Origin: an uncultured Solirubrobacterales bacterium
GTDB lineage: Bacteria > Actinomycetota > Thermoleophilia > Solirubrobacterales > JBBDJG01
NCBI GenBank assembly: GCA_963785085.1
Contig: CAWAUD010000013.1
Coordinates: 7,700-71,699 of the forward strand
Direction of reading: 5' to 3'
DNA: 64,000 nt
Shown: piece by piece, positions 50,032 to 59,125 of the stretch
How positions within the stretch are numbered: the first letter of the stretch is position 1
Layout: each line of letters opens with the position of its first letter
Position numbers and translations under genes: made by a program
The notes under the pieces: generated by a model
Told to the model about the DNA's origin: nothing
The model's database searches: none
Seen by the model: the letters and a program-made list of their open reading frames with translations, nothing else

Positions 50032-50902
50032 ATGATGGAGATTCGCTGTCACACCGATCCCGCCTGCCCGTGGTCGTGGGCGATGGAGCCCGCGATCCGC
50101 GGTCTGATGGTCTCTTTCGGGGATGGTCTGCGATGGCGTTTCGTGATGGGAGGGCTCGGCCGTGACCTGCTGGACGAGGGCTCCGGGCCGAGCCGGCAGC
50201 TCGGCTCCGCTGCCACCGCGCGTCTGGTCCGCGAATGGCTGACCGCCGCAGAGGTGGCCGAGGCACCGCTCGACCCACTGGTCTGGTTCGAAAGCCCGCT
50301 TAGATCGACGTTCCCGGCCTGCATGGCCGTCAAGGCGGCCGCCGAACAGGCCCCGGACGGCGGTTATCGCTACATACGCCGCTTGCGCGAGGGGATTCTC
50401 TGCGAGCGGCGGCGCCTCGACCACGCCGAGCCGCTGGTCGAGGAGGCGCGCGCGGCCGGGCTCGACGTGGAGCGCTTTCGCATCGACCTGCGCTCGCATG
50501 GGATCACGGAGGCGTTCGCCGCGGACCTCGACGCAACCGCGGCGCTCGCGGAGGAGGAGCCCGCCGGCGGCGACGTGCACGGTTCGAGGACAGCCTCGGG
50601 CGCGGTGCTTCCGACGCTCGTGATCTCGAACGAGGCCGGCGAGCGGCGGGTCCTGGTCGGGCTCCATGGTCTTGGCGAGTGTCGCGCGGCTGTCGAGGAG
50701 CTGGGCGCGACCGCGACCGTCGAGCCGACGCCGACTCCCGAAGCTCTGATGGAGAGATTCGGACGGGTCACGACTCAGGAGGTCGTCGAGATCTGCGTTC
50801 TGCCGGGACCGCGGGCAGCCGCGGAACTGTGGCGCCTGGCGGGCGAGTGGAAGGTGCGCGGTGAGGCGGTGTCTTACCGGGGAGCTGTGGGAGAAGGCGT
50901 AG
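50032..50902 (+). pseudogene. DsbA-family thioredoxin-fold protein (CPWS active-site variant), one indel near 50870
   Basis: MMEIRCHTDPACPWSWAMEP..MGGL..FPACMAVKAA.., from the real part of track ORF 49948..51468. Deleting one base near gtgtcttacc restores ..GEWKVRGEAVLTGELWEKA* with its stop at TAG 50900-50902. The uncorrected frame reads through the repeat array. Confidence 0.65.
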
Positions 50903-50970
50903 GCGGTAGGCGGCAGTCGGCAGTCGGCAGTCGGGAGTCGGCAGACCCGCAGACCGCAGACCGCAGACGG
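50900..50970 (+). repeat. tandem heptamer array, 10 units (TAGGCGG x2, CAGTCGG x3, GAGTCGG, CAGACCCG, CAGACCG x2, CAGACGG)
   Basis: A 71-bp run between the DsbA-like stop (the first TAG) and the purM stop (TCA at 50971-50973). Adjacent units are identical or differ by one base. One unit is 8 nt long. Confidence 0.95.
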
Positions 50971-52057
50971 TCAGGCTTTGGCGAAGCCCTCGCTCGGCTC
51001 AGCGCGCAGGCTCTCGCTTGGGATCGTCACTACTCCTGCTTCCGCCGTAACCGTTCCGATCCGTCTGCTTCCCCGGTGGTGCTTGTTCAGCAAAGCGACC
51101 GCTGCGTCTGCATCCGCATCCGGCACTACGCAGCACAGGCCGGTGCCCATGTTGAAGACCTCCCACATCTCCGTGGCGCCGATGTTCCCCGATCGGGCGA
51201 TCAGGTCGAAGACCGGCTGCGGCTCGCAGCGGCGCGTCGATCTCGAAGCCGACCTCGTCGCTCAGGCGCCGGAGGTTCAGCAGGCCGTCGCCGGTTATGT
51301 GGGCCAGGCCGTGCACGTCCACTTTGGAGCCCAGCAGCCCGAGCGCCGCCCGCACGTAGATCGCCGTGGGCTCGAGGAGCTCGTCGGCAAGCGTCCGACC
51401 GAGCTCCTGGATGTGCTGGTCGAGCGACAGGGCGCCATCCTCCAGCAGCGCCCTGCGAGCGAGCGTGAAGCCGTTCGAATGGATCCCGCTCGACGGTACG
51501 CCGATCACCGCGTCGCCGGGTGCGACGGTGCCGCCGTCGAGGATCGCGTCCAGCCCCACGACGCCGAACGCCGCGCCGACCAGGTCGATGCCGTTGGGCG
51601 ACGGATGCCCGCGGATCATCTCCGGAAGCTGCGCCAGCTCGCCGCCCGGGATCTCGATTCGCGCTTCCTCCGCGCCGCGCCGCAGGCCCTCTCCGACCGC
51701 CGACAACACGTCCGCATCCGCGCGCTCGACTGCCAGGTAGTCCACCATCGCCAGCGGCTCGGCGCCGACGCAGATCAGGTCGTTGACGTTCATCGCGATG
51801 CAGTCGATCCCCACCGTGTCGAACCGGCCGGCCTGCTCGGCGACGATCAGCTTCGTGCCGACACCGTCGGTGCAGAGCGCGACGCCGGTGCGCTCGTCAA
51901 GCGCCAGAACGGCCGCGTAGTGGCCCGATCGCAGGACAGAGCGCCGCGGCCGCCCGGGATCGATGGCACTGAGCGCAGCGACAAGCCCGGCGAGCGCAGA
52001 GCCCGCTGCGGAAGTGTCGACCCCCGCCGCCGCATAGGAGTCGCGCGAGTGCGTCAC
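50971..52057 (-). pseudogene. purM: phosphoribosylformylglycinamidine cyclo-ligase (AIR synthetase, PurM), one indel near 51225
   Basis: The GTG at 52057 overlaps the uppP stop (GTGA). SYAAAGVDTSAAG..LCTDGVGTKL..GIDCIAMNVNDL..GAEPL..GGELAQLP..GVPSSGIHSNGFTL..HITGDG. The C-terminus continues in ORF 50971..51168 (MWEVFNMGTGLCCVV..). Confidence 0.88.
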
Positions 52058-52935
52058 CCGGCGGCGACTGTCATCCGGGGCGGAGCCGGGGCCGAAGCTC
52101 CTTGGACGGCAGTGGAAGCGGAGCGCGAGCGCCGTCGCAGCGCCGCAAGAGCAACCGCCGCCAGCGCGGCCCGGTAGGCCGCGTAGGGAAGCAGCGAGCG
52201 GCTGCGCTCGAGCATCGCGATCAGTCGCAGTGAGGCGAGGGTGGACACGAACGCCGCTGCCGATCCGGCCGCCATTCCGCGTGCGACATCGGGCGGAACG
52301 CCACGCTTCGCCAGCCGGGCTCCCTTGAGTCCCGCCGCGCCGATGATCACGGGAAGCGCGATCTGGCGCGAGATGATGTTCGAGTCGGCGCGCCTGAAGC
52401 CGCGCCATCGGGCGGCGGTCAGGGTCGCGCCGTTGCGGGACACGCCGGGCATCAGGGCGAATGCCTGCGCGCAGCCGATCGCGAGCGCGTCCGCCGCGGT
52501 CGCGGCGTCACGGCTGCGGTGCTCCGGGCGCCGGTCCGCAACCGCCATCGCGGCGGAGCCTGCCATCAGAGCGATCGCAACCGGGGCCGGGCGGCTCAGC
52601 CGCCGCTCGATCCAGTGCTCGAAGAGCGTGGCTGCGGCCGCCGCCGGGGCGAACGACAGGCCGAGCGTCATCACGTTGCGCGGGCCGAACGAGCGGACGT
52701 ACTCGGCAACCTCGCGCCGCAGGCCGATCAGCAGCGCGAGCGCCCCGCCGGCGTGCAGCGCCACCTCGAACGACTTGCGCAGCTCGGGATCCAGGTCGCC
52801 GTAGGTCCAGCCCAGGAGCGCGGGCACCAGGACCAGGTGGCCCGAGCTCGACACGGGCAGCAGCTCAGCCGGGCCCTGCACCGCGCCCAGCACGACGGCG
52901 TGGCGAAGCGGCAGGCGCTCCGGCTTGTCTCTCAA
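52054..52935 (-). CDS. uppP: undecaprenyl-diphosphate phosphatase (UppP/BacA)
   Basis: The TTG at 52935 overlaps the DedA stop (TTGA), within track ORF 52054..53298. VLGAVQGPAELLPVSSSGHLVL, FEVALHAGGALA, AFALMPGVSRNGATL, SRQIALPVIIGA. Confidence 0.88.
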   Translation of the reverse strand: MRDKPERLPLRHAVVLGAVQGPAELLPVSSSGHLVLVPALLGWTYGDLDPELRKSFEVALHAGGALALLIGLRREVAEYVRSFGPRNVMTLGLSFAPAAAAATLFEHWIERRLSRPAPVAIALMAGSAAMAVADRRPEHRSRDAATAADALAIGCAQAFALMPGVSRNGATLTAARWRGFRRADSNIISRQIALPVIIGAAGLKGARLAKRGVPPDVARGMAAGSAAAFVSTLASLRLIAMLERSRSLLPYAAYRAALAAVALAALRRRSRSASTAVQGASAPAPPRMTVAAG

Positions 52936-53591
52936 CCCGTGGATTCGGTCGTCGCCGGTTTGCTGCCGCCCGAGCGCCGGCGCCTGATCAGGAGGTAGAT
53001 GATCCCGCTGAGGATCAGGCCGACCACCGCGTAGTCGACGTAGTGGAGCTTCTCCTGGAGGTTGTCCCAGTTGTCGCCAACCGCGTTCCCCACGATCGCG
53101 AAGCCGAGTACCCACGGGACGATGCCGAGGAAGCTCAGCAGGGTGAAGCGCCAGAAGGGCATCCGCGCGACTCCCGCCGGGAACGAGATGAACGTCCGGA
53201 TCACCGGGATCATCCGTGAGAAGAACACCGTCGCATCGCCGTGCTGCTCGAACCAGCGGTCGGCCCACGCCAGGTGCTTGGGCGTGATGTGCAGCCACTT
53301 GCCGTGGCGCTCGAGCACCTCGACACGGCCGTAGTAGCCGATCCCGTACGCGACCCAGGAGCCGATCAGGTTCCCGAGCACGCCGGCGGCCACGACCGCG
53401 AACATCGAGAACCGGCCGTCGGCGACCTCGAAGCCGGCGAACAGCATGATCGCCTCGCTGGAGGTCGGGATGCCCGCGCTGTCGGCGAGCATCAGCAGGA
53501 AGATCCCGGCGAGTCCCAGGTCACCGATCACGTTCGTCGCGAAGTCCACGACCGGGCCCGTGATCGAGGCTACGACGAGCATTCCGAACAT
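52932..53591 (-). CDS. DedA-family membrane protein
   Basis: Intact 219-aa ORF: GLAGIFLLMLADSAGIPTSSEAIMLFAG.., GSWVAYGIGYYGR, FFSRMIPVIRTFISFPAG (DedA/SNARE-associated signature). Confidence 0.85.
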   Translation of the reverse strand: MFGMLVVASITGPVVDFATNVIGDLGLAGIFLLMLADSAGIPTSSEAIMLFAGFEVADGRFSMFAVVAAGVLGNLIGSWVAYGIGYYGRVEVLERHGKWLHITPKHLAWADRWFEQHGDATVFFSRMIPVIRTFISFPAGVARMPFWRFTLLSFLGIVPWVLGFAIVGNAVGDNWDNLQEKLHYVDYAVVGLILSGIIYLLIRRRRSGGSKPATTESTG

Positions 53592-53605
53592 ACTGTCACG
53601 ACTCC

Positions 53606-54696
53606 ATGACCATTCCTCTATTCGGCACCGGCGACCAGCTCAGTGAGATCCGGCCGCAGCTCGAGCGCCGCATCCTTGGCGTTCTCGACTCCGGGCGGTT
53701 CGTCGGCGGCCCCGAGGTGGAGGCTTTCGAGCGGGAGTTCGCAGAGTACCTCGGCGTGTCCGATGTCGTTGGCGTCGGGAACGGCACGGACGCCATCACG
53801 ATCGCCCTGATGTGCCTCGGGGTCGGGCCGGGGGACGACGTCGTGGTGCCGTCGTTCACCTTCTACGCCTCGGCCGAGGCGATCCCGCATACGGGCGCGC
53901 GTCCGGTGTTCTGCGACGTCGATCCGGAGACTTTCTGCGTCACTCCGGAGACCGTCGAACGCGCATTGACCCCGCAAACCAAGGCAGTTGTCGCCGTGGA
54001 CCTGTTCGGCGTCCCGCCCCGGTGACGGAGCTGCGGGAGTCGCTCGCGAGTCGTGGGATCCCCGTGCTGGAGGACGCCGCCCAGGCGGCCGGAGCGGAGC
54101 TCGACGGCGTGCGAGGCGGGGCGATGGGGGACGTCGCGACGTTCAGCTTTTTTCCATCTAAGAACCTCCCCGGCGTCGGCGACGGGGGAGCACTCGCGAC
54201 GTCGCGACCCGAGATCGCCGAGCAAGCACGGCTGCTCCGTCACCACGGATCGCGCGACAAGCAGACGTTCACGCTGGTCGGGTTCAACTCGCGCCTGGAT
54301 GCTTTTCAGGCAGCGGCCCTGCGGGTCTCGCTCGAGCACCTCGACCACTGGAACGATCGGCGCAGGGACCTGGCCGCCGCGTATGCGGAAAGCGGGCTTG
54401 CGAATCACGCCCGCCTGCCCGGAGGATCCGCCGGGAGGGCGCCACGTCGTACCACCTGTACGTGGTCGCCGCCGCGGACGCCGACGAGCTGGCGCAGCGA
54501 CTCGAACGAGGCGGGCATCGACACGCGCGCCTACTACCGCACGCCGGTGCACCGCCAGCCGGCGATGGAGCCCTGGGGTGCCGGTGTCGAGCTGCCGGGC
54601 ACCGAGCAGGCGGCCCGCGAGAATCTGGCGCTTCCGATGGGACCGGCATACGGCTCCGATGTCGCACGCGCCGTGTTCGAGGCTTTGCAGGCCTAA
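53606..54696 (+). pseudogene. DegT/DnrJ/EryC1/StrS-family sugar aminotransferase, about 3 indels (about 54018, 54430, 54500)
   Basis: N-terminal ORF 53606..54025: ..LDSGRFVGGPEVEAFEREFAEYLG..GVGNGTDAITIAL..VVVPSFTFYASAEAI. Then ..IPVLEDAAQAAGA..ATFSFFPSKNLPGVGDGGA.. (PLP lysine), then YHLYVVAAADADELAQRL, then NEAGIDTRAYYRTPVHRQPA. Confidence 0.85.
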
Positions 54697-54742
54697 ACCC
54701 CGGGCCTTTCCCCCGACCCCAAGCCGTAAGATCACAGCCCAG

Positions 54743-56630
54743 ATGCGCACGCGCCTCACCGACCCGGTGTACCGCCACCGGATGCTGCAGCTTGCCGTTG
54801 ACGCGGTGCTTGTCGCAGCCGCCTACACGCTCGCGTACGTCCTGCGCTTCGACAACGGCATTCCGCAGCGATACCAGGACCTGCTCGTCGACACGATCGC
54901 GTTCGTCGTCGTCGGGAAGGTCGCGATCTTCGCCGCCTTCGGCCTCTACCAGAAGTGGTGGCGCTACGTGGGCCTGCGCGACCTCGAATCGATCCTGCGA
55001 GCAGTCGTCGTCGCCAGCCTCGCCCTCGTCGGCGTGCTGTACGTCTGGTCGCCCACGGACCACGACCTGCCGCGCTCGATCGCGGTCATGGACCTGCTGT
55101 TGACGGCCGCCCTGGTGGGCGGTGCGCGGCTCGTCGTGCGCAGCGCCCTCGAGCGGCCTCCCAGGGGGTCCGTGCTGCCCAAGGGGCAGGAGGTCCTGAT
55201 CGTCGGCGCCGGCGAGGCCGGCCAGCTCGTCTGCCGCGAGATGCAGCGCGCGCCTGAGCTGCGCGAGACTCCGATCGGCTTCGTCGACGACGATCCGCGC
55301 AAGCGCGGGATGCGCGTCCTGGGCCTCAAGGTGCTCGGCACCACCGACGACCTCGAGCTGTTGCTCGACGAGATCGAGCCCGACGAGGTGATCATCGCGA
55401 TTCCCTCCGCGCCGGGTGTCGTGCGCGAGAAGGTGGTCCGCGCGTGCCGCGACCGGGACATCCCGGTTCGGACTCTGCCTGGCGTGTTCGAGCTCATCTC
55501 TGGCTCGGTGGACCTGATCCGGCAGGTCCGCGAGGTTCAGGTCGAGGACATCCTGGGCCGCGAGCCGGTCACGGTCGGGATCCGGGAGGCCGGTGCCTGG
55601 CTGCACGACCGCACGGTCCTGGTGACCGGGGCCGGTGGCTCGATCGGCTCGGAGCTCTGCCGGCAGATAGCGCGGGTGGGGCCGCGCCTGCTGGTGATGA
55701 TCGACCACGCCGAGGACAACCTGTTCGAGATCGAGCGCGAGCTGATCTCGGAACGTCACTTCACCGGCTGCGAGTCGATCCTCGCCGACTGCAAGGAGCC
55801 CGGCCGCATGCGCGAGGTGATGCAGCGCTTCCGGCCGGACGTCGTCTTCCACGCCGCCGCTTACAAGCACGTTTCCCTCACCGAGGACAACCCGCTGGAG
55901 GCGTTGCGCAACAACGCGATCGGCACGCGTGTGGTCGCGACCGCGTCGGCGGAGGTTGGCGCTCGCCGGTTCGTCCTGGTCTCGACGGACAAGGCCGTGA
56001 ACCCGGCGACCGCGCTGGGGGCGTCGAAGGCGATGGCGGAGTGGATCGTCGAGGCGTGGGGCCATCGTTATCCGGACACCGCTGTTCTGCTGCGTGCGGT
56101 TCGGGAACGTGCTCGGGTCGAGCGGCAGCGTCGTGCCGCTGTTCCGCCGCCAGATCGAGCAGGGCGGCCCGGTGACCATCACCCACCCGGACATGGAGCG
56201 CTACTTCATGACGGTCCCCGAGGCCGTACAGCTGATCATCCGCGCCGGCAACCTCGCCACCGGTGGCGAGGTGTTCGTCCTCGAGATGGGCGAGCAGGTC
56301 CGCATCGTCGATCTGGCGCGCAACATGATCCGGCTCTCCGGCCAGCAGGAGGGGCGCGACATCTCGATCGAGATCATCGGCCCGCGCCCGGGGGAGAAGC
56401 TGCGCGAGGAGCTCTTCAACGACGACGAGCGCCCGGTTCCGACGGCCGCCGACAAGATCCTCAAGGCCGAGCGCCCGGAGCTCGAGCCCGAGTGGGTCGA
56501 GGCCGCCTTCGAGCGCATCGAGCGCCTGGTGGAGCAGGGCGACGAGACCTTCCTCGCCCAGCACCTCTCCGAGCTGGCCAAGAGTGCGCGCGCGAGCATC
56601 GCACGGGACCTGAAGGCTCTGGCCCGGTAG
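54743..56630 (+). pseudogene. membrane-bound nucleotide-sugar 4,6-dehydratase (CapD/WbpM/PglF family), one indel near 56085
   Basis: The ATG at 54743 lies within track ORF 54053..56650. Four N-terminal TMs, a Rossmann motif VTGAGGSIGSEL and a catalytic AAAYKHV. After ..YPDTA the sequence continues in ORF 56094..56630 (RFGNVLGSSGSVVPLFRRQIEQGGPVTITHPDMERYFMT..). Confidence 0.85.
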
Positions 56631-56636
56631 AGCGGA

Positions 56637-57368
56637 TTGGACCTGCTTGAGAGAGTAGGTTCGTATGCGGGGCTCGGCGCGTTTCTCGGCCTGGCCGTGC
56701 TGGCGCTGCTCTATTTCTCGCAGGCCCGCGACGTGCGGCGGCTGCGGGAGTGGGCCGGCCGCGCGCCGGAGCGCGCCGGCGAGACGACCGCTCAGACGCC
56801 GGCGGCGCGGCACGGGCTCCCGCCTGTTGCCCTTGCCCAGCACGAGTCGCGGCCCCGCAAACGCGTGCGAGACCGCCTGCGGAACATCCACGTCCCGAAC
56901 CTGCGCTACGTCGGTGCGACCATCGGACTGCTGCTGTTGCTCGGGGGAGCGGCCTACGCGGCGGTGCAGCTGGCCGACAACTCGGGCGACAACTCGTCCT
57001 CGGGAAGCACGAGCAGCGGGACGAGCAAGCCCGATCGGAGCTCGTCCAGCAGCAACAGGCAGAAGATCAACATCGATCCCTCCACCGTCACCGTCGCGGT
57101 GTTGAATGGCACCACGGTGCAGGGCGCGGCCGCGAAGGTCGGTGAGGAGGTGGGTTCGGCCGGCTTCAATCCGGGCACGATCGGCAACGCGGCGCGGATC
57201 GACCAGACTCGCTCGGAGGTGCTCTACAGCCCCGGCCAGCAGCGCGCGGCGCGCGCCGTCGCAAACCGGCTCGGCATCAAGTCGATCCGGCCCGTGGACG
57301 CCGTGAACCGCGAGATCGCCGGGTCCTTCGACGCTGTGGTGCTGGTCGGCGCCGATCGCGGCGGGTGA
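56637..57368 (+). CDS. membrane-anchored LytR_C-domain protein
   Basis: 243-aa ORF (TTG start): two hydrophobic segments, a Ser-rich linker, and a C-terminus VTVAVLNGTTVQGAAAKVGEEVGSAGFNPGTIGNA..RSEVLYSPGQQRAARAVANRLGI, typical of LytR cell-envelope-related C-terminal domains. Confidence 0.65.
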   Translation: MDLLERVGSYAGLGAFLGLAVLALLYFSQARDVRRLREWAGRAPERAGETTAQTPAARHGLPPVALAQHESRPRKRVRDRLRNIHVPNLRYVGATIGLLLLLGGAAYAAVQLADNSGDNSSSGSTSSGTSKPDRSSSSSNRQKINIDPSTVTVAVLNGTTVQGAAAKVGEEVGSAGFNPGTIGNAARIDQTRSEVLYSPGQQRAARAVANRLGIKSIRPVDAVNREIAGSFDAVVLVGADRGG

Positions 57369-59125
57369 GAAGGAACCTGGCGCCGCTGGTGTTCGCGGCG
57401 CTGGTCATCGCTACCGTCGGAGCGTTCTTCGTCACCACCAGGCTCAAGCGCTCGCCGGCGGTGATCGAGCGTCTCACGTTCATAAGGCACTTCTCTCCCA
57501 ACGGCGATCATCGACGCGACTCGGTCGTGTTCTCGGTTCGCCTGCGCCGGCACGACGACGCCACGGTGCTCGTGGTGACGCGCGATGGAGATCGCGTGCG
57601 CACGCTGGCCGAGAACCGCGACCTGCGCGCGCACCACACGTACCGGTTTCGCTGGGACGGGCGCACGGACAGCGGAGCGCGCGCGCGTGACGGCGAGTAC
57701 CACCTGAGGCTCGGCCTGCGGCGTCAGGGCCGCACGGTCACTTCCCCGCGCAAGGTCTTCCTCGACACAAGCCCGCCCCAGGTCGTCGTGCGCTCGGTCA
57801 CGCCCGACGTGATCTCGCCCGACGGCATCGACGGCGGCCAACGGGCGGTGGCCCGTTTCACAGGACCGACGCGCACGCCGGAGCTGTTCGTCTACAGGAC
57901 CGATGGGCCTCGCCCGCGACTGGTCGCGCGCCGGCCGGGAGAGCGCGGCAGCGAGCGCGTCGTCTGGGACGGGCATGTCGGGCTCGGCGCCGCTCGCAGC
58001 CGGGCGCCGACCGGAAGCTACGCGCTCGTCGTACGGGCGAGTGACGCGGCGGGCAACGTCGGCCCGCGGATCCCGCCACGGCGAGGGCACCTGCACGGCA
58101 ATCCTGGCGTGACCGTCCGCTATCTCGCCGCAAGGGGGCCAGTGACGCCGGTGGCCCCAGGATCCCCGGTCCGGTTCTCGGTGTTCGCGGAGGGGCGGCG
58201 CTACCGCTGGCGGGTGCGGCGGCTGGGCTCCTCGCGATCCGTCGACCGGGGGTCGTCCCGCGCTCGCTCGCTCACGGTGCGTGCCCCCGTGGGCCATTCG
58301 GGAGCGGCGCTGCTGGAGATCCGAGCCGGCAGCCGGCGCTACACGACACCGTTTGCCGTCGACGAACATCGTGGAAAAGGTGTGCTGGTGGTGTTGCCGG
58401 CGGCGACGTGGCAGGGCCTCAACCCGGTCGAGTCCGACGGCGACGGCTTCCCGGACGTGCTGCCCGAGGCGAAGCGCGTGTCGTTGCGCCGGCCGTTCGC
58501 AGGCGCCGGCCTTCCGCCCGGATTCCTGACGCGTGACGCGCCCGCTCTGCTGTCGCTGCGCCGCGACCAGCGGCGCTTCGACCTCACCACCGATGTGGCG
58601 CTCGCGCGGCCTGGCGCAGGTTCCCTGAGCCGCTACACCGGTGTGCTGTTCACGTCGGCGCCTGTATGGACACCCCGCGAGACAGCCGGCGTGCTCCGCT
58701 CCTACGTGCGGGTCGGTGGCCGGGTCGGCTGGCTCGGCACCGACGGCTTCCTTCGTACGGTCGCGCTGGGCGGGACCTATCTGTCGCGGCCGTCCCGGCG
58801 TCCGCCGGCGAACCTGTTCGGCGAGCCTGTGCGCCCGGCGCCCGGCGGTGCCCTGTCGGTGCTCGAGGACCGCATCGGCTTCTTCGCCGGCATCGTGTCC
58901 CCGCTCGGTCCCTATCCCCGGTTGGAAGAGGCGCCGCGGCCGGCCCCCGGCGCTCGCATCCTCGCCTCGGCAGGGGCGCGGCTCGGACGCGGGTCGATCA
59001 CCGTCTACCGGGTCCCCGACGGCGTAGTCGCGCGCATCGGGGCGCGCGGCTTCGCGTCATCGCTGGCCACGTCGGCGGACGCCACGCGGATAATGCGCAG
59101 GCTATGGACCCTGCTCTCGCGGTAG
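57365..59125 (+). CDS. membrane-anchored protein with two FlgD-Ig-like domains and a C-terminal dimethylformamidase-beta-like domain
   Basis: Intact 586-aa ORF with an N-terminal TM. FSPNGDHRRDSVVF..YRFRWDGRTDSGARARDGEYHLRL, and a second copy ISPDGIDGG..VVWDGHVG..GSYALVVRASDAAGNVG. Then GVLVVLPAATWQGLNPVESDGDGFPDVL... Domain calls are from motif memory only. Confidence 0.5.
   Translation: MRRNLAPLVFAALVIATVGAFFVTTRLKRSPAVIERLTFIRHFSPNGDHRRDSVVFSVRLRRHDDATVLVVTRDGDRVRTLAENRDLRAHHTYRFRWDGRTDSGARARDGEYHLRLGLRRQGRTVTSPRKVFLDTSPPQVVVRSVTPDVISPDGIDGGQRAVARFTGPTRTPELFVYRTDGPRPRLVARRPGERGSERVVWDGHVGLGAARSRAPTGSYALVVRASDAAGNVGPRIPPRRGHLHGNPGVTVRYLAARGPVTPVAPGSPVRFSVFAEGRRYRWRVRRLGSSRSVDRGSSRARSLTVRAPVGHSGAALLEIRAGSRRYTTPFAVDEHRGKGVLVVLPAATWQGLNPVESDGDGFPDVLPEAKRVSLRRPFAGAGLPPGFLTRDAPALLSLRRDQRRFDLTTDVALARPGAGSLSRYTGVLFTSAPVWTPRETAGVLRSYVRVGGRVGWLGTDGFLRTVALGGTYLSRPSRRPPANLFGEPVRPAPGGALSVLEDRIGFFAGIVSPLGPYPRLEEAPRPAPGARILASAGARLGRGSITVYRVPDGVVARIGARGFASSLATSADATRIMRRLWTLLSR

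Noticed and set aside
50900-50970. The heptamer arrays as a CRISPR array or a mobile-element terminus.
   Set aside because: The units are 7 nt, contiguous and without spacers. There are no cas genes, no transposase, and no flanking inverted repeats or target-site duplications.
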